Part shown: piece by piece, positions 11,283 through 25,475 of the stretch
Numbering within the stretch: the stretch's first letter is position 1
Layout of the letters: each line of letters starts with the position of its first letter
Origin: Octopus sinensis
Lineage: Eukaryota
Reading direction: 5' to 3'
Length of the DNA: 64,000 bases
Assembly: GCF_006345805.1 (NCBI RefSeq)
Contig: NC_043013.1
Coordinates: forward strand, 35,526,001-35,590,000
The notes under the pieces: model-generated
Told to the model about the DNA's origin: nothing
Database searches by the model: none
The model's input: only the letters and a program-made list of their open reading frames with translations
Position numbers and translations under genes: made by a program

Positions 11283-12019
11283 TAGAAAGTGTTGTTTAGA
11301 CGTAGACAGATATTGCAGAAGTGTTGAAATAGTGTGGAAATGCATCATCAATATGACAGATATTGATACACAATGACTAGATGTAATCATGGCTATATGG
11401 TTCAGATGCTTGCTTTTGAAATATGTGGTCTCAGGTTCAGTTTCACTGCACAGCACCTTGGGCAAGTGTCATCCACTACAGCTCCAAGCCAATTGAAAGC
11501 TTGCAAGTAGATTTCATAGAAGGATATGCGATAGGTAGTTTACTTCCCAATCACATGGTACTGGGTTCAGTCCCACTACATGGCAACTTGGGCAAGTGTC
11601 TTCAACTATAGGCTCAGGCCAACCAAAGATTTGTGAGTGGATTTGATAGATGGAAACTGAAAGATGCCCAAGGTCCTTCTTCCAGTTTCCATCTACTGAA
11701 TATAATTATAATTTCTTTTATGCGTAAAGAATATTAGAAAGACTATATAATAATAGACAAGCTTATTCACAGTACTAGGTATGAGTACCTCAAGAAAAAG
11801 GATTCCAATAATGGTGAAACTGGTCAGTCACTTTGAGTAATTCTAGTTTCAATTCTCTCACCATATCACACACACGCACACGCACACTCATGGCAGCCTC
11901 AATACACAAAGAAATTCTATCTACCAATGCAGTTTTAAGCACTTGTTCTCATCGTTCAACATTTATGTATGTATGTATGTATGTATGTATGTGTATATAT
12001 GTATCTATCTATCTATCTA

Positions 12020-12067
<48 letters not shown>

Positions 12068-12068
12068 A

Positions 12069-13029
12069 TACAAAAATGGGACAAGGACACAAAACATCCA
12101 GACAGACAATACAAGGAAAACAAGGACGGATCATTCAAGGTTTTCTATCCTCAGTCAAGTTCCAGATTGTCGTTGCAATTTCGGCTGGTTATACTTGAGA
12201 TTGCTCCAATCTGGCCAGACCCAAGGAAAAATAAGCTAAGAGCATTACATTCCTTAGAAGAAAGCAGCGAATTTATATGAAAACAAGGACGGAAAAAACA
12301 GAAATGTTACAAAAATACAAATAACAGGACATAACAACAGGTGTCTTTCGACTAAGGATGAATTAAATTAAGCTGGCGTGTGTGGAAGTAAAGCCTTACA
12401 GCAAGGACATAAGATTTAAAAAGCACAGGAAAGAATATAGATGTTGCACGGACAGTAGTACAACCATGAAAGAAAGATCAGGCCTGACCGAACACCAGTC
12501 ACGTGGGGAGAGAAGAGAGAGAGGTAGAGGTAGAGTGATTGAAGAATTAAGGAGGGATGAGAGAAAAATGAAAGAGACACAGTGAAGTGAAAGAGGGAAA
12601 GTGAGCATGAAGAGAAGGCCAGGAAATGTGACAGAGGAGGAATGAAAGAACGAAGAGTGGAAGGAACAAAGTGTAAAAGGGCTGAAAGAAAGAAAGAATG
12701 AAAGAATACAAAGAACAATAGAGTCGTACAAAACTTAGATATATATACTTACCGATAAGAGACCAAAGTGTATGTATGCCGCTATATTTTATATATAAAA
12801 CATACAAAAATGGGACAAGAATGCAAAACATCCAGACAGTTAGGTGAAACAAAAAAAGGAAAACAAAATATCCAGACAGATGATACAAGGAAAAACAAGG
12901 ACAGATCATTCGGAGTTTTCTATCCTCAGTCGAGTTCCAGATTATCTTTGCAATTTCAGCTGGTTATACTCGAGATTGCTCCAATCTGGCCAGCCCCAAG
13001 GAAAAATAAGCTAAGAGCATTACATTCCT
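12069..13029. mobile_element. Element bounded by ~185-225-bp direct repeats (12069-12254 and 12803-13029)
   Basis: Both repeats run tacaaaaatgggacaag ... gctaagagcattacattcct. Confidence 0.75.
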
Positions 13030-13194
13030 CTTACATTCTGAGTTCAAATTCCACCAAGGTTAACTTTGCCTTTCATCCTTTCGGGGTTGATAGAATAAGT
13101 ACCAGTTGTGCAATGAGGTTGATGTAATTGACTAGCCTCCTCCCCCAAAATTTCAAGCCTTGTACCTATAGTAGATAAGATTCTTCTTCTTCTT

Positions 13195-13768
<574 letters not shown>

Positions 13769-13786
13769 TTATTATTATTATTATTA

Positions 13787-13826
<40 letters not shown>

Positions 13827-13850
13827 TCTATTATTATTATTATTATCATT

Positions 13851-13884
<34 letters not shown>

Positions 13885-13885
<1 letters not shown>

Positions 13886-14120
13886 TGAGTGAGAGAGCAG
13901 TTCATGCCATCAAAGTGACACTGGGGTAAAATATACGAAGCCCAGTATACCCATCATGACTACCCGTCTGATAAGGGTATACCAGGCACATGCATCACAA
14001 CCATATGTGCGTGACATGGTGATCTCATATCAAGATAAACAGCACATGACCTTGCAGGTAGGGCCCAGTTAGAATTTTCTTCAGGTTGAGTAGCCCATCC
14101 CGCTCAAACGGTCCCTGAAT
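13885..14120 (-). mobile_element. Family E, 5'-truncated, inside (ATT/AAT)n
   Basis: Homology to the other copies; breaks at gaataa into (AAT)n. Confidence 0.9.
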
Positions 14121-14196
14121 AATAATAATAATTATTATTATTATTAATATTATTACTATTATTATTATTAATATTATTAATATTATTATTATTAAA

Positions 14197-14252
<56 letters not shown>

Positions 14253-14289
14253 CATTATTATTACTATTGTTATTGTTATTATAATTTAG

Positions 14290-14485
14290 GGGGCAACCTA
14301 GCAGAATTGTTAGCATGCTGGACAAAATGCTCTGTGGCATTTTGTTCATCTTCACATTCTATGTTCAAATTCAGCCCAAGATTTACTCTACCTTTTATCC
14401 TTTTGGGAGTCAATAGAATAAGTACCAGTTACACACTGGGGTCGATGTGATAGATTTTACTCCCCTCTCCCAAACTTGCTGGCTT
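14290..14485 (+). mobile_element. SINE family B
   Basis: Head and core motifs. Confidence 0.8.
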
Positions 14486-14687
14486 TATTTATGTTTAGTA
14501 AAATCAACACCACAACAACTACGACAGCGACATCTACAGCTTTCCCTATCATCATCGACATTTTGACATTCAACCTTAATGTCTCGGATTAAAATTGCAT
14601 TTCTTTCTCTGTTCCAAGAAACAGAGGAAGAGGAAGGAAGGAACGGGTCCAAGATAATGAATATGATTTTATATATCTATCTATCTA

Positions 14688-14737
<50 letters not shown>

Positions 14738-14869
14738 TACATATATATATATACACATATACATGGAGACATATAACACATACACACATATCATGGAGAC
14801 ATAAACACACACACACACATGCACACACATATATATATATATATTTATATGTGTGTGTGTGTGTGTGTG

Positions 14870-14906
<37 letters not shown>

Positions 14907-15451
14907 AAATGCATATATACGTACATAGAAAGAGAATGAGAGAAGTAAGATAAGCAAGCATATTAGAGATAGGAGAATAGACAATTAAAGACAGATGGCA
15001 TGGCAAGCAAAGGGAGATTTATAGAAAAGGGTTCAAATAGATAAAACAGAGAGAGAGAGAGAGAGAAAGGGAGAAAGAGAGAGAGAGAGAGAAAAGGAGA
15101 GAGAGAGTGTGTGTGTGTGGAGAAATAGAAGTGAAAGCTATATATATAAAGAGAGACAGAAACAGAAAGAAAAGTGAATATAAGGGACAGGGTTGTGTAT
15201 GGAAAGATGGAGTGCACACTTTCTCAACAAACCATTCAAATTAACTCTTTTCTGTTTTTAATTAGCTTTCGCCTTCACTTTTATTTTCATTTACTTTGCT
15301 AGCTATGCATATCTGAATTTATCAATGAGCGAAGAATCATATGACCACATCCATTTCCTACTTTTATTCGGCTATCCATTCTTTGTATTTGTGTCAAAAG
15401 AATCCACATACATATAAATTCATATGTATGAACAAGCAAACATATACATAC

Positions 15452-15501
<50 letters not shown>

Positions 15502-15601
15502 GCACATATCCATACACATATATACATATGTATGAACAAGCAAATATACATATACATACACACACACACATACATGGACATATACTCATGCTTACTTGTA
15601 C

Positions 15602-15634
<33 letters not shown>

Positions 15635-16780
15635 CATATGTATACACACATTGCTGAGCTTAATCAACCCATTGTTTCCTGGAAAAGTTACTTTATGTGC
15701 CTTTCTTATTGTAAATGAAGATTTGTTGCTGTTTCATAGATATTTCTAAAACTCACCATGACGATGAATTAATTTCTAATTTCCTCTTCTGAACATCACT
15801 GATAATTGCAGACATCACTTTACATCTCAACATTTTCTGATTCCTTTCTTGACAAAATGGCAATATATAAGTCAAAACAAGAATCAAAAAGATAAATAAA
15901 ATAAAATAAAATAAAATAAAAACAAATAAAAATTATTCATTATAATACTTTTCTTTTCCCAAATTTTTGCCAATTCTTATTCTAATTTATTTTTATTTTC
16001 ACTGATTTAATTTCACTCAGTTTCTTTTACATTTTATTTTTATTACATTTTATATTATTTTATATTATGTTTGTCTTTCATGGAGATTAGTCAGAAGAGA
16101 ATGAGTGATACAAAGAGAGAGAGAAAGGGGGCGGAGGGGAATGAATTATAAAATGTGTGGGAAGGAGAAAGAATAAGCACGGCCAAGATATTTCTCTCAC
16201 ATTCTCATTCAGTCTCTCTTTAACTCATTCTCTCTATCTCCATTTCTCTGTCTCTCTGTCTATGTCCCACTCTCTCTCTCTCACTCTCTCTCTCTCTTAC
16301 TGCCTCTCTATCTTTCTCTGGTTCCTCTCCATACCCATGTATTTAGCTCTGCTAACCAATGGGCACCCAATTTGGAGAATTGACTACTTGTCAATTTGTG
16401 TTGCATTTAATTCCAAAATCAATTACTCTAAGTCAATGCATGTTGTATTAATATGCAAAATTTATTTCTCAAAAATAATTCAACAAAACACAAATCCATA
16501 CTCACAGCTACAACAACTAAACTAAGAAAATTAAAAGAAAATTTCTTAAAAGAAAAATAAAGAAAATTTATTTTGCAGTTTTTCAAAAAGAATCATTCTT
16601 TTCTCAATCATTCTATTTCTTTATTATTTCTTTCTTCGTTTGTTTTCCTCATTAGTTTTCATTTAATTTTTTCTTCATTTTATCCATTTCTTTGTTTAAT
16701 TTTGTTGGTAATTTTTGATATCTTAGATTTTGCTGTCATTATTATTGTTCTTGTTATTGTAATTATTACTGTTGCTATTA

Positions 16781-16837
<57 letters not shown>

Positions 16838-17480
16838 GCATAATCATCATCAGGACTGAATGGAATGAGGTTTAATCCTATGAATTGCAAAAATGTGAAT
16901 GTGGGTTTAGAACAAAAGAGTACCAGAAAGATGAAGAAGAATTAAAAAGAAAAAGGAGCGACAAAGGAGAAAAAAAAGGAAAAAAAACCCAAAAATTGAG
17001 ATGTGTGAGAGAGTGAGAAAGGAGACATATTCCACTGTTCCCAACCAACCAAATTCAGGTTAGTTGAAGTGAATTTTGCTTCATATATACATATACATAC
17101 ATACATATATATTATATATATATATATCACATGAGCACAAGTGACCAACAAGGCTATTAGATTTTGTTGCACAACGCTGGTCACAATGCGCTTTTTGCAT
17201 TGTTTTAGCCTTCAAATGATGCCAGCCTGCCAGCTAGATGAGCAGACCAAAAATACCCACTGGTCGAAGGGGGACTGGAGCAATTTGAAATGAAGCATTT
17301 TGCTCAAGGATACAATGTGGCATCCTGTTGGAGAATCGAACCTGCAATCTAGCGATTGTGAGTCTAACCACTAGGCCACACACCTTCACACACACACACA
17401 CACACACATGCACAAACATAAATATCTACATACATATAAGTTAGATATGGCCTGGGCCAATTCTGGCCGAAACATATCTA

Positions 17481-17511
<31 letters not shown>

Positions 17512-17849
17512 GTATCGTTTGTAGAAAGCATAAATCCAGAGAAGAGGCACTCATTCACAAAGAGATAGTCAGCATGGGACCAGGGTCTGTAGAAAAAATC
17601 ATTTGCACAAAGAGCCACACAGTGGGACTGAACTCAAAGCCATGTTGTTGCAAAGCAAGTTTCTTAACCACACAGCCATGCTTGGTTCACAAGTTGTCGT
17701 GAGAGGAATGGGGTTTCATAAAACTGGTGCTTAAGTCTAGATTTAATAAAGTTGAATCTATTGAAATATAAGCATATAAACATCCACTTGCAAAGGGCAC
17801 CAGTCCATGATAGAACATGTTCCTGGAAGATGTGTACTTATTTCTGACA

Positions 17850-18525
17850 GCTGTGGGAAGAAGTGTCACACCCTAACAGTGGAGGGAACCTGTGGAAGAG
17901 GTAGAACTAGGAAGACTTGAGATGAAGTGGTGAAGCAGGACCTTTGAACATTGGGCCTCACAGAGGCAATGACAAGGGACCGAGACTTTTGGAGATATGC
18001 TCTGTTGGAGAAGACCTGGCAAGCTAAGTGAGATTGTAGCCAGTGTTGCATAACCAGCCTGTTTAAAAGTACCCTTCAATCATTGGGCAATATGCTGTGT
18101 TTGAGAAGATCTGTTGAGTCAAGTGAAATCATTGTCATGGCTGATACCAGTGCTGTCTGAGTGGCACATGAAAAGCACCATCCGAGCCTGGTCGATGGCA
18201 GTGTCATCTGACTGGATCCCATGCCAGTGGCATGTAACAAGCACCATTCGAGCGTGGGTGATGCCAGTGTTGCCTGACTGGGACCTGTGCCCGTGGCATG
18301 TAAAAAGTACCCAATACACTCACAGAGTGGTTGACATTAGGAAGGGCATCCAGCTGTAGAAACCTTGCCAGAACACATTGGATCCTGGTGCAGCCTCCTG
18401 GCTTGCCAGTCCTCAGCCAAACCGTCCAACGCATGCCAGCACAGAAAGCAGATGTTAAACAACGATGATGGTGATGATGGTAACGACGACGACTACGATG
18501 ATGATGATGATGATGATGATGATGA
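17850..18525 (+). mobile_element. RTE-clade LINE 3' end (ORF2 C-terminus, UTR, (GAT)n tail)
   Basis: Translates CHTLTVEGTCGRGRTRKT*DEVVKQDL*TLGLTEAMTRDRDFWR, the typical RTE GxRGRGRPxKTW...DR..WR end. Confidence 0.85.
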
Positions 18526-18875
18526 TCTAAACCATAAAATGAAATGGGGTTTTTTTGGATGCAGTAATTTACCTTGAATGGATATGAGCTCTGAGGTCAA
18601 ATTTCATCTTAAGTTTTACTTACTCATTAGATACACATACACACACTGAAACAAAGTCACATACAAATGATTCCATTAACTATCATAGTCCAGAACTATG
18701 CATTTATATTGAATATTCCCCAAAGTAGGAACTTCACCCAACTCTATCTCATGTGCGCAAGACATGAACATGTGTCAAAAATAAAGGATTATGATTGTAA
18801 AAGGAATCAAACCATGAGAAGATATTTCACATTTTTAGAAAATTAGTGGAAGGGATAATGAGGAAGAAGAGTGTG

Positions 18876-18920
<45 letters not shown>

Positions 18921-19121
18921 AAGAGAGAGAAATGGATAGGGTGATGTGGAGAAAGATTGACAGATATTAAATGAGAATTAGTAGACAAACTAAAGGAAAC
19001 TGTCAGAGAGATTAATTTCTGAAAAGGGATATTGAGTGATAGAGAGAGGTAGCTAGATACAGAGAGTGGATATGAAACAAGGATGCCTGCAGTAGAGAGA
19101 AAAAGAAAGGCTGGAAAAAAA

Positions 19122-19159
<38 letters not shown>

Positions 19160-19488
19160 AAGAAAAGGAAAGAAAAACAGTAAGAGAGACAAAAACTGAA
19201 TGTCAAGTGAACTTAGCTACTAAGAAAATAATCCACACAGGAAAGTTTCAGCTGGTATTTCTACTTCCAATCTAATTATAAACTTTGATATCAAAATTAA
19301 CGGTTTAGTGCCTCATCCTTCCCTTGACCTTGCTAATTTTAAGGCAACAACAATAAATACAAATGATCTCAAATTCAAAAGTGAAGATGACAAGAGTTTT
19401 TTCTTTCTTCAGCATCATTATTATTTTTATTAATATTATCGTTGTAATAATAATAATAATAATAATGATGATGATGATGATGATGATA

Positions 19489-19597
<109 letters not shown>

Positions 19598-19826
19598 AAT
19601 ATATTATTATCAGCATTATTTTTAATCCATTGTGCACAACAACAAAGGAAAAAATATGAGAAAAAGAAAATTAAATGATCTTTTCTGAACTTGTAATTTT
19701 AGCTTCCATGGAAGAGAGAATTACAGGTAGATAATGATGATGGTGGTGGAGGTGGTCATGATGCTGATCATCACCATCAACATCATCATCATCAACATCA
19801 TCATCATCATCATCATCACCATCATC

Positions 19827-19871
<45 letters not shown>

Positions 19872-20394
19872 GTTGTGTTATGATGATGAAAAATTAAGTC
19901 AGGTAATGCATTAAGTAGTCCTCAAATGAAATAATTTCGAAAAGTGACATTAATAAACAAAGAAATAAGAATGAGAGGGTGGGGAAAACATATGAAGATC
20001 CATTCCATGCCTTCAATCACTTTATTATTCCACTGGAATAAAAATTTCCCTAAATTCATTCTGCATATTCCAGAAAGACAGAAGCGTTTCCTTGCTTGAA
20101 AGCCAAATAGTAGTAATATCATAAATTGCTGTTCTTTCTGCTTATATCTGTATGATTGTCTCTCACATGTGGCACAATTTGCCAGTCTGTTTATATCAAT
20201 CTAGCAAGCAGTCTGTCTCTCTCTCATATAAATATATATTACTTAGAAGAAGAAAAGGAATTAAAAAATTGAGGCAGATATTAGCAATGCATTCAGTTTA
20301 AATGGATTTGGTTAACTCTATCCAACAATTAGATATCTGTAAATATCAGTAGAATACACATCCAAGGTAATGTATGATAAATAGATCCAAATAT

Positions 20395-20569
20395 CATTTT
20401 GAAGAATTTTAGGAAATTCAGAGTTTGCAAGTTTGCCAGAGAGATGGAAGGGCATTGTAGAAAATGAAGGAGAGTATATTTCAGATTAAAAAAAGAACTT
20501 TGTTTATCTTAATTTTGAAAAATAAAAGAAGTATAAAATCAACCACATTATTTATGGAATGAACCAATA
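20395..20569 (+). mobile_element. mariner transposon 3' relic
   Basis: ASLPERWKGIVENEGEYISD* followed by a TIR-like end ttatttatggaatgaaccaata. Confidence 0.75.
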
Positions 20570-20605
20570 GTTCTTCATGTATATTATGGTTGCATAACAA
20601 AATAC

Positions 20606-20845
20606 CATGTCCCTACAATATGTACTTGGCTCTCTCATTCTTATATCAACATGTATTGTGAAATCAAATGCTGCACTGATGAAGTCATAATTACACCGAA
20701 ACTTCTCCAGAGTTGTCCCCCTTGCTTGCAATACATATTCAGCCAAAGCAGACGTTTCTATATAGCTTTGATCAAAGGTTTTAGCCAGGCAGGTGGGTAA
20801 AGCAAACAAAACTGCAGAGGAATGTCTACCCTGAATGACCAGGTG
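20606..20845 (-). CDS. Candidate 80-codon internal exon, unidentified protein (a competing plus-strand reading exists)
   Basis: tcatttacag acceptor, ATG/gtattt donor, phase 0-0, open frame HLVIQGRHSS...EPSTYCRDM. Confidence 0.3.
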
Positions 20846-21019
20846 CTGTAAATGAATCAGCTAAATGCCCATATCTGCTACATCAAAGGAGACTGGGACA
20901 CTTATTGAGAAGAAGCACATGACGGATTGGAATCTAATGAGAAAAATACTACAATAAACATATTTTGAAGATGTATATTTCTCAATATTTTTCAATCATG
21001 TGTGTGTGTGTGTGTGTGT

Positions 21020-21425
21020 CTCATGATCATCTTCTAGCATCCACTTCCCATGCTGGCATGGGTTGGACAGTTTGACTGTGGACTGGCGAGCCAGATGGCT
21101 GCACCAGGCTCCAATCTGATCTGGTAGAGTTTCTACAGCTTGATTCCCTTCCTAATGCCAACCACACCAAGAGTGTAGTGGGTGCTTTTATGTGTCAGTA
21201 AGGCGGACTTGGTGACAGCCACACTCAAATGGTGTTTTTTATGTGCCACCTACACAGGAGCCAGTCCAGCGGCACTGGCAAAGACTTCACTTGAATGTTG
21301 TTCTTCACGTGCCACCAGCACAAGTGCTAGTAAGATGCTGCTGCTTGAATGGTGCTTTTTATGTACCACTGGCAACAGCAGCCAGTCAGCAGCCCTGGCA
21401 ATGATCATAACTTGGATGGTGCTTA
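21020..21425 (-). mobile_element. RTE LINE 3' UTR fragment
   Basis: Reverse complement of the UTR at 18100-18525. Confidence 0.8.
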
Positions 21426-21664
21426 GATATATATTATATATATATGTCTAATATATATATATATATAATATATATATGATATATATATATATATATATAT
21501 ATCTATATATATAGATATATTGTATATATATATATAATATATATATATATATTATATATAAATATACATATATATGCTATATACACATATATGCTATATA
21601 CACACTATTATATATATATATAGATAGATAGATTAGATAGATAGATACATACTATATATATATA

Positions 21665-21724
<60 letters not shown>

Positions 21725-22199
21725 ATATAAGTGTGTATGTATATATGATATAAATATATGATATATGCATGTGTAGCACAATTAATTTTAAAATTTCTCA
21801 TCAAATTGTATTACAAATGCTATAACTAATAGAACTCTGTTTGTAATTGATTGTGTCTTCAAATTTGTTCCATAGTTTATCAGTCATCTGTCTTACGAGT
21901 AAATGTGCCTATAATAAGTTATGTCCTTGATTACATTCCATACTTTGTTAGTCAGCTGTCTTATGAATAATATAAATGTTGTGGGTGTGAATGTGTATAT
22001 TTGAGTAATAGATCATATCTTTGATTTCATTTCGAAGTCAGGCATTACATAAGTACAACATAGTAGAATATTATGGACAATATTAGTTAATGTCTACGGT
22101 TGTATTACTTCACTATCACATAATTATTCTTATTTAGCTTTTTGATGCTCTTTGCATTAATATGCTACCACTAACTTCATAATCATCATCATAATCCTC

Positions 22200-22640
22200 A
22201 TCATCATCGTCATCATCATCGTTTAACGTCCGCTTTCCATGCTAGCATGGGTTGGACGATTTGACTGAGGTCTTGTGAACCAGATGGCTGCACCAGACTC
22301 CAGTCTGATTTGGCAATGTTTCTACAGCTTCCTGATGCCAACCACACTGAGAGTGTAGTGGGTGCTTTTACGTGCCACCGGCATGAGGGCCAGTCAGTTA
22401 GTACTGGCAACAGCCACGCTCAAAGGGTGCTTTTTATGTGCCACCTGCACAGGGGCCACTCAAGCAGCACTGGCAACCTTGCTCATGCCAGTAGCACTGG
22501 CAACCTTGCTCATGCCAGCAGCACAAGTGCCAGTAAGGCAATGCAGATAATGATCATGCTTAAATGGCTCTTTTTATGTGCCACCAGCACAGAGGCCAGC
22601 TTGTTGATCTGGCAACGATCATCCTCGTATGGTCCTCTTA
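22200..22640 (-). mobile_element. RTE LINE 3' UTR fragment
   Basis: As above, with internal tandem units. Confidence 0.8.
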
Positions 22641-22878
22641 GCGCTCCACTAGCATGGATGCCAATCATCAAATTTTATTTCAATTTCAATTTCACTTGCC
22701 TCAACAGGTCTTCACAAGCAGCGTTTAGTGTCCAATGAAGGAAAGATACACACACACACACACACACATATATATATGTGTGTGTGTGTATATATATATA
22801 TATGTATATATATGTGTGTGTGTGTATAAGAGAATTAGGAGGGAGCTTAGAAGTGGGGAACCTGTGGAAAGTTAGAGG

Positions 22879-23249
22879 GTGTTGCTTTTTATGTGTGCGG
22901 TTTGTGAGCAGAGGTATTTGATTTGTGCAGACCTGGTGAACCATCAAAATTCTCATAGAAATCGACCCATGATAAACAATGATGTGGCTATTAAAATTCA
23001 TAACAGAGCATGTGTAAAATATGGAAGGGTATGCCTCTCAGCTGGAGGTCTAAAAAGACATGTTATGAGAGTGCATATAGTGGTACCTGTTTCTCCTGCC
23101 AGCCAGCACCGTTGTCTAGTATGTAATAAAATGTGTAAAAGCTTGGCCGGGCTTAAAAGTCATATAAGGACATCACATGGCAACAATCATGAATCATTTT
23201 AGTAAGTCTTCTTTGGCAATGGTTTTTCTCATGTAATGAGGATGCAGCT

Positions 23250-23255
<6 letters not shown>
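22879..23255 (+). mobile_element. LINE (RTE-like) 3' end encoding three C2H2 fingers
   Basis: Cx2Cx12Hx3-4H three times (second degenerate), GLKSHIR motif, short UTR with a ctcat-gta-atgag hairpin, then (TA)n; no TGEKPY linkers. Confidence 0.65.
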
Positions 23256-23289
<34 letters not shown>

Positions 23290-23332
23290 GGTATGTATGT
23301 ATATTATATGTATGTATAATATATATATATAC

Positions 23333-23363
<31 letters not shown>

Positions 23364-23388
23364 CACACATAGGTATATAGACATATTC

Positions 23389-23456
23389 AAATAGAGTCTG
23401 ACGAGCTGTCCACAAGGCTTTTGCTTTTTTGTGGATGTTGAAACTTCTCTCTGTTT
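23389..23456 (+). ncRNA. Hammerhead-like motif with long stem II
   Basis: aaatagag-t-CTGACGA-[tccacaa/ttgtgga stem]-GAAAC-TTC-t-ctctgttt. Confidence 0.55.
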
Positions 23457-23468
23457 AATTTCTTTTTT

Positions 23469-23506
23469 CCTTTTTGCTGAAGAGCATAGGCTCAAAATGT
23501 AAAAGA
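23469..23506 (+). ncRNA. Degenerate hammerhead-like motif (extra-A family)
   Basis: ccttt-TTGCTGA-A-GAGC-atag-GCTC-AAAAT-GT-A-aaaga. Confidence 0.45.
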
Positions 23507-23591
23507 CTTTCTCACTTTCCCAAGCATCAACTAATATACCTGCTTGTTATTCATACATCTGTCTTATTTTGTTTTACTACTGTAATTTTGA

Positions 23592-23640
<49 letters not shown>

Positions 23641-24867
23641 GTGTGTGTGTGTTGAGAGAATGAAACTAGAATTCTTCAGAGTGATTGACCAGTTCCATTA
23701 TTATTGGAAATCGACTTTTCTAGGAGTACTTATACCTAGTACTATAAATGTTCATTATTATATAGTCTTTTTACATGCTTTCCGTATAAAAGAAATGATT
23801 ATTATATTTGTCTTTACATTCGTTATTGCTTCCCTTTTCACTTATTCATCAATCCACAATAAAACTATTTATTTTAAGGGAAAATATTAGCAAAATCACA
23901 AAACCATTGAAGCATAAATTTAGGAATTGATGTCAAAATCTAGATCCAGTTTATCCTCCTGATACATTAAACCAAGAGTGAACTCCATATCAGTTTACCC
24001 ACCAGATTAGCTACAAGACTAAATTTAAGAACAGATGTCATCACCATTTAGTTTCAATCACCTCTGCTCCAATAGAGCTATCCAAGAATAGTTTATTTTC
24101 CAGTTGCTGAACATCCAAATTAGAAATTCTCTTAATCATTGGTAGAAGGTGTATATTTGTTTTGTTGTTTTTTGTTGTTGATTTTTGTTTTTTTTTCTTG
24201 TTTTTCAGTCATTGGACTTCGGCCATGCTGGGGCACCACCTTGTTGAGTTTAGATGGACAAATTCACTCCTGTACTTGTTTCATTTGTTCTTTTTTTTGT
24301 TTTGTTTTTTTAAAGTCTGGTATTTTGTTTTTAAAGTCTTTTGCTGAGCTGCTTAGTAACAAACCAATTCCAATTGTCAAACAGTGATGGGAGACAAACA
24401 CTAACACAAAGACACATCCACATACATACATACATACATACATATATGTGAGTGTGTGGATGTGTGGGTGTGTGGGTGTGTGCATGCGTGTGTGTGTGGC
24501 TATGTAGTAAGAAGCTTGCTTACCAACTACATGGTCCTGGGTTCAGTCCCACTGCATTGCACCTTTGGCAAGAATCTTCTATTATAGCCTCAGGCCGACC
24601 AAAGCCTTGTGAGTGGATTTCGTAGATGGAAACTGAAAGAAGCCCATCGTATATATATAATATATACATACATGCACACACACATAATAACATATATATA
24701 TCTATATATATGTATGTATATATGTATGTGGTAATGTATGTATGTATGTTGTATGTATGTATTATATTATATATATATATGTATATGTATATGTATATGT
24801 ATATATATATGTAATATATATATATATATAAAATATATATATATATAATATAGATATATATATATAT

Positions 24868-25096
24868 TTCTTTACTACCCACAAGGGGCTAAACCCAGAG
24901 GGGACAAACAAGGACAGACCAACGGATTAAGTCGATTACATCGACCCCAGTGAACTGGTACTTAATTTATCGACCCCGAAAGGATGAAAGGCAAAGGTCG
25001 ACCTCGGCGGAATTTGAACTCAGAATGTAGCGGCAGACAAAATACCGCTAAGCAATTTCGCCCGGCATGCTAACGTTTCTGCCAGCTCGCCGCCTT
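24868..25096 (-). mobile_element. SINE family B, well conserved copy
   Basis: Reverse complement ggcggcgagctggcagaaacgttagcatgccgggcg...gagttcaaattccgccgaggtcgac. Confidence 0.9.
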
Positions 25097-25097
25097 T

Positions 25098-25149
<52 letters not shown>

Positions 25150-25174
25150 TAGTATATATATATATATATATATA

Positions 25175-25217
<43 letters not shown>

Positions 25218-25475
25218 TATATATATACTATATATATATATATATATATATATAGTTTAAATCTCTAAAAGATCTCTAACAATACTGGAAAGAATTGCCT
25301 GTTCCATTACTACCATTTTTCTGACCCCAGGAAGGACATCTCCTTCATGGGTAATGACACACTTGTGTCTGATATATTGCAAACAAGAGAGTGAACCCCT
25401 ATCATCTAGCAGTGACAAGACTGGTATACTGGTCTGGTAGATATATATATATATATAGATATATATATATATATA

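Noticed and set aside
15766-16545. Minus-strand exon and micro-exon with gtgagt donors
   Set aside because: Joining needs weak acceptors or creates stops; GTRAG 5-mers are expected dozens of times per strand by chance
17441-17481. Hairpin ttagatatg...ggcc/ggcc-GAAA-catatctaa as a hammerhead
   Set aside because: No recognisable CUGANGA; at best a very decayed relic
19240-19410. 69-codon plus-strand open frame (KVSAGISTSNLIINFDIKINGLVPHP...)
   Set aside because: Weak donor, no recognisable homology; could belong to the exon chain but is unsupported
22879-23202. Member of the octopus C2H2 zinc-finger gene expansion
   Set aside because: No TGEKPY linkers, and a LINE-like UTR and tail follow
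23880-24135. Coding-looking stretch (MIKRISNLDVQQLENKLF..., MEFTLGLMYQEDKLDL...)
   Set aside because: Broken by stops in all frames on both strands; no motif to assign it to a gene or transposon
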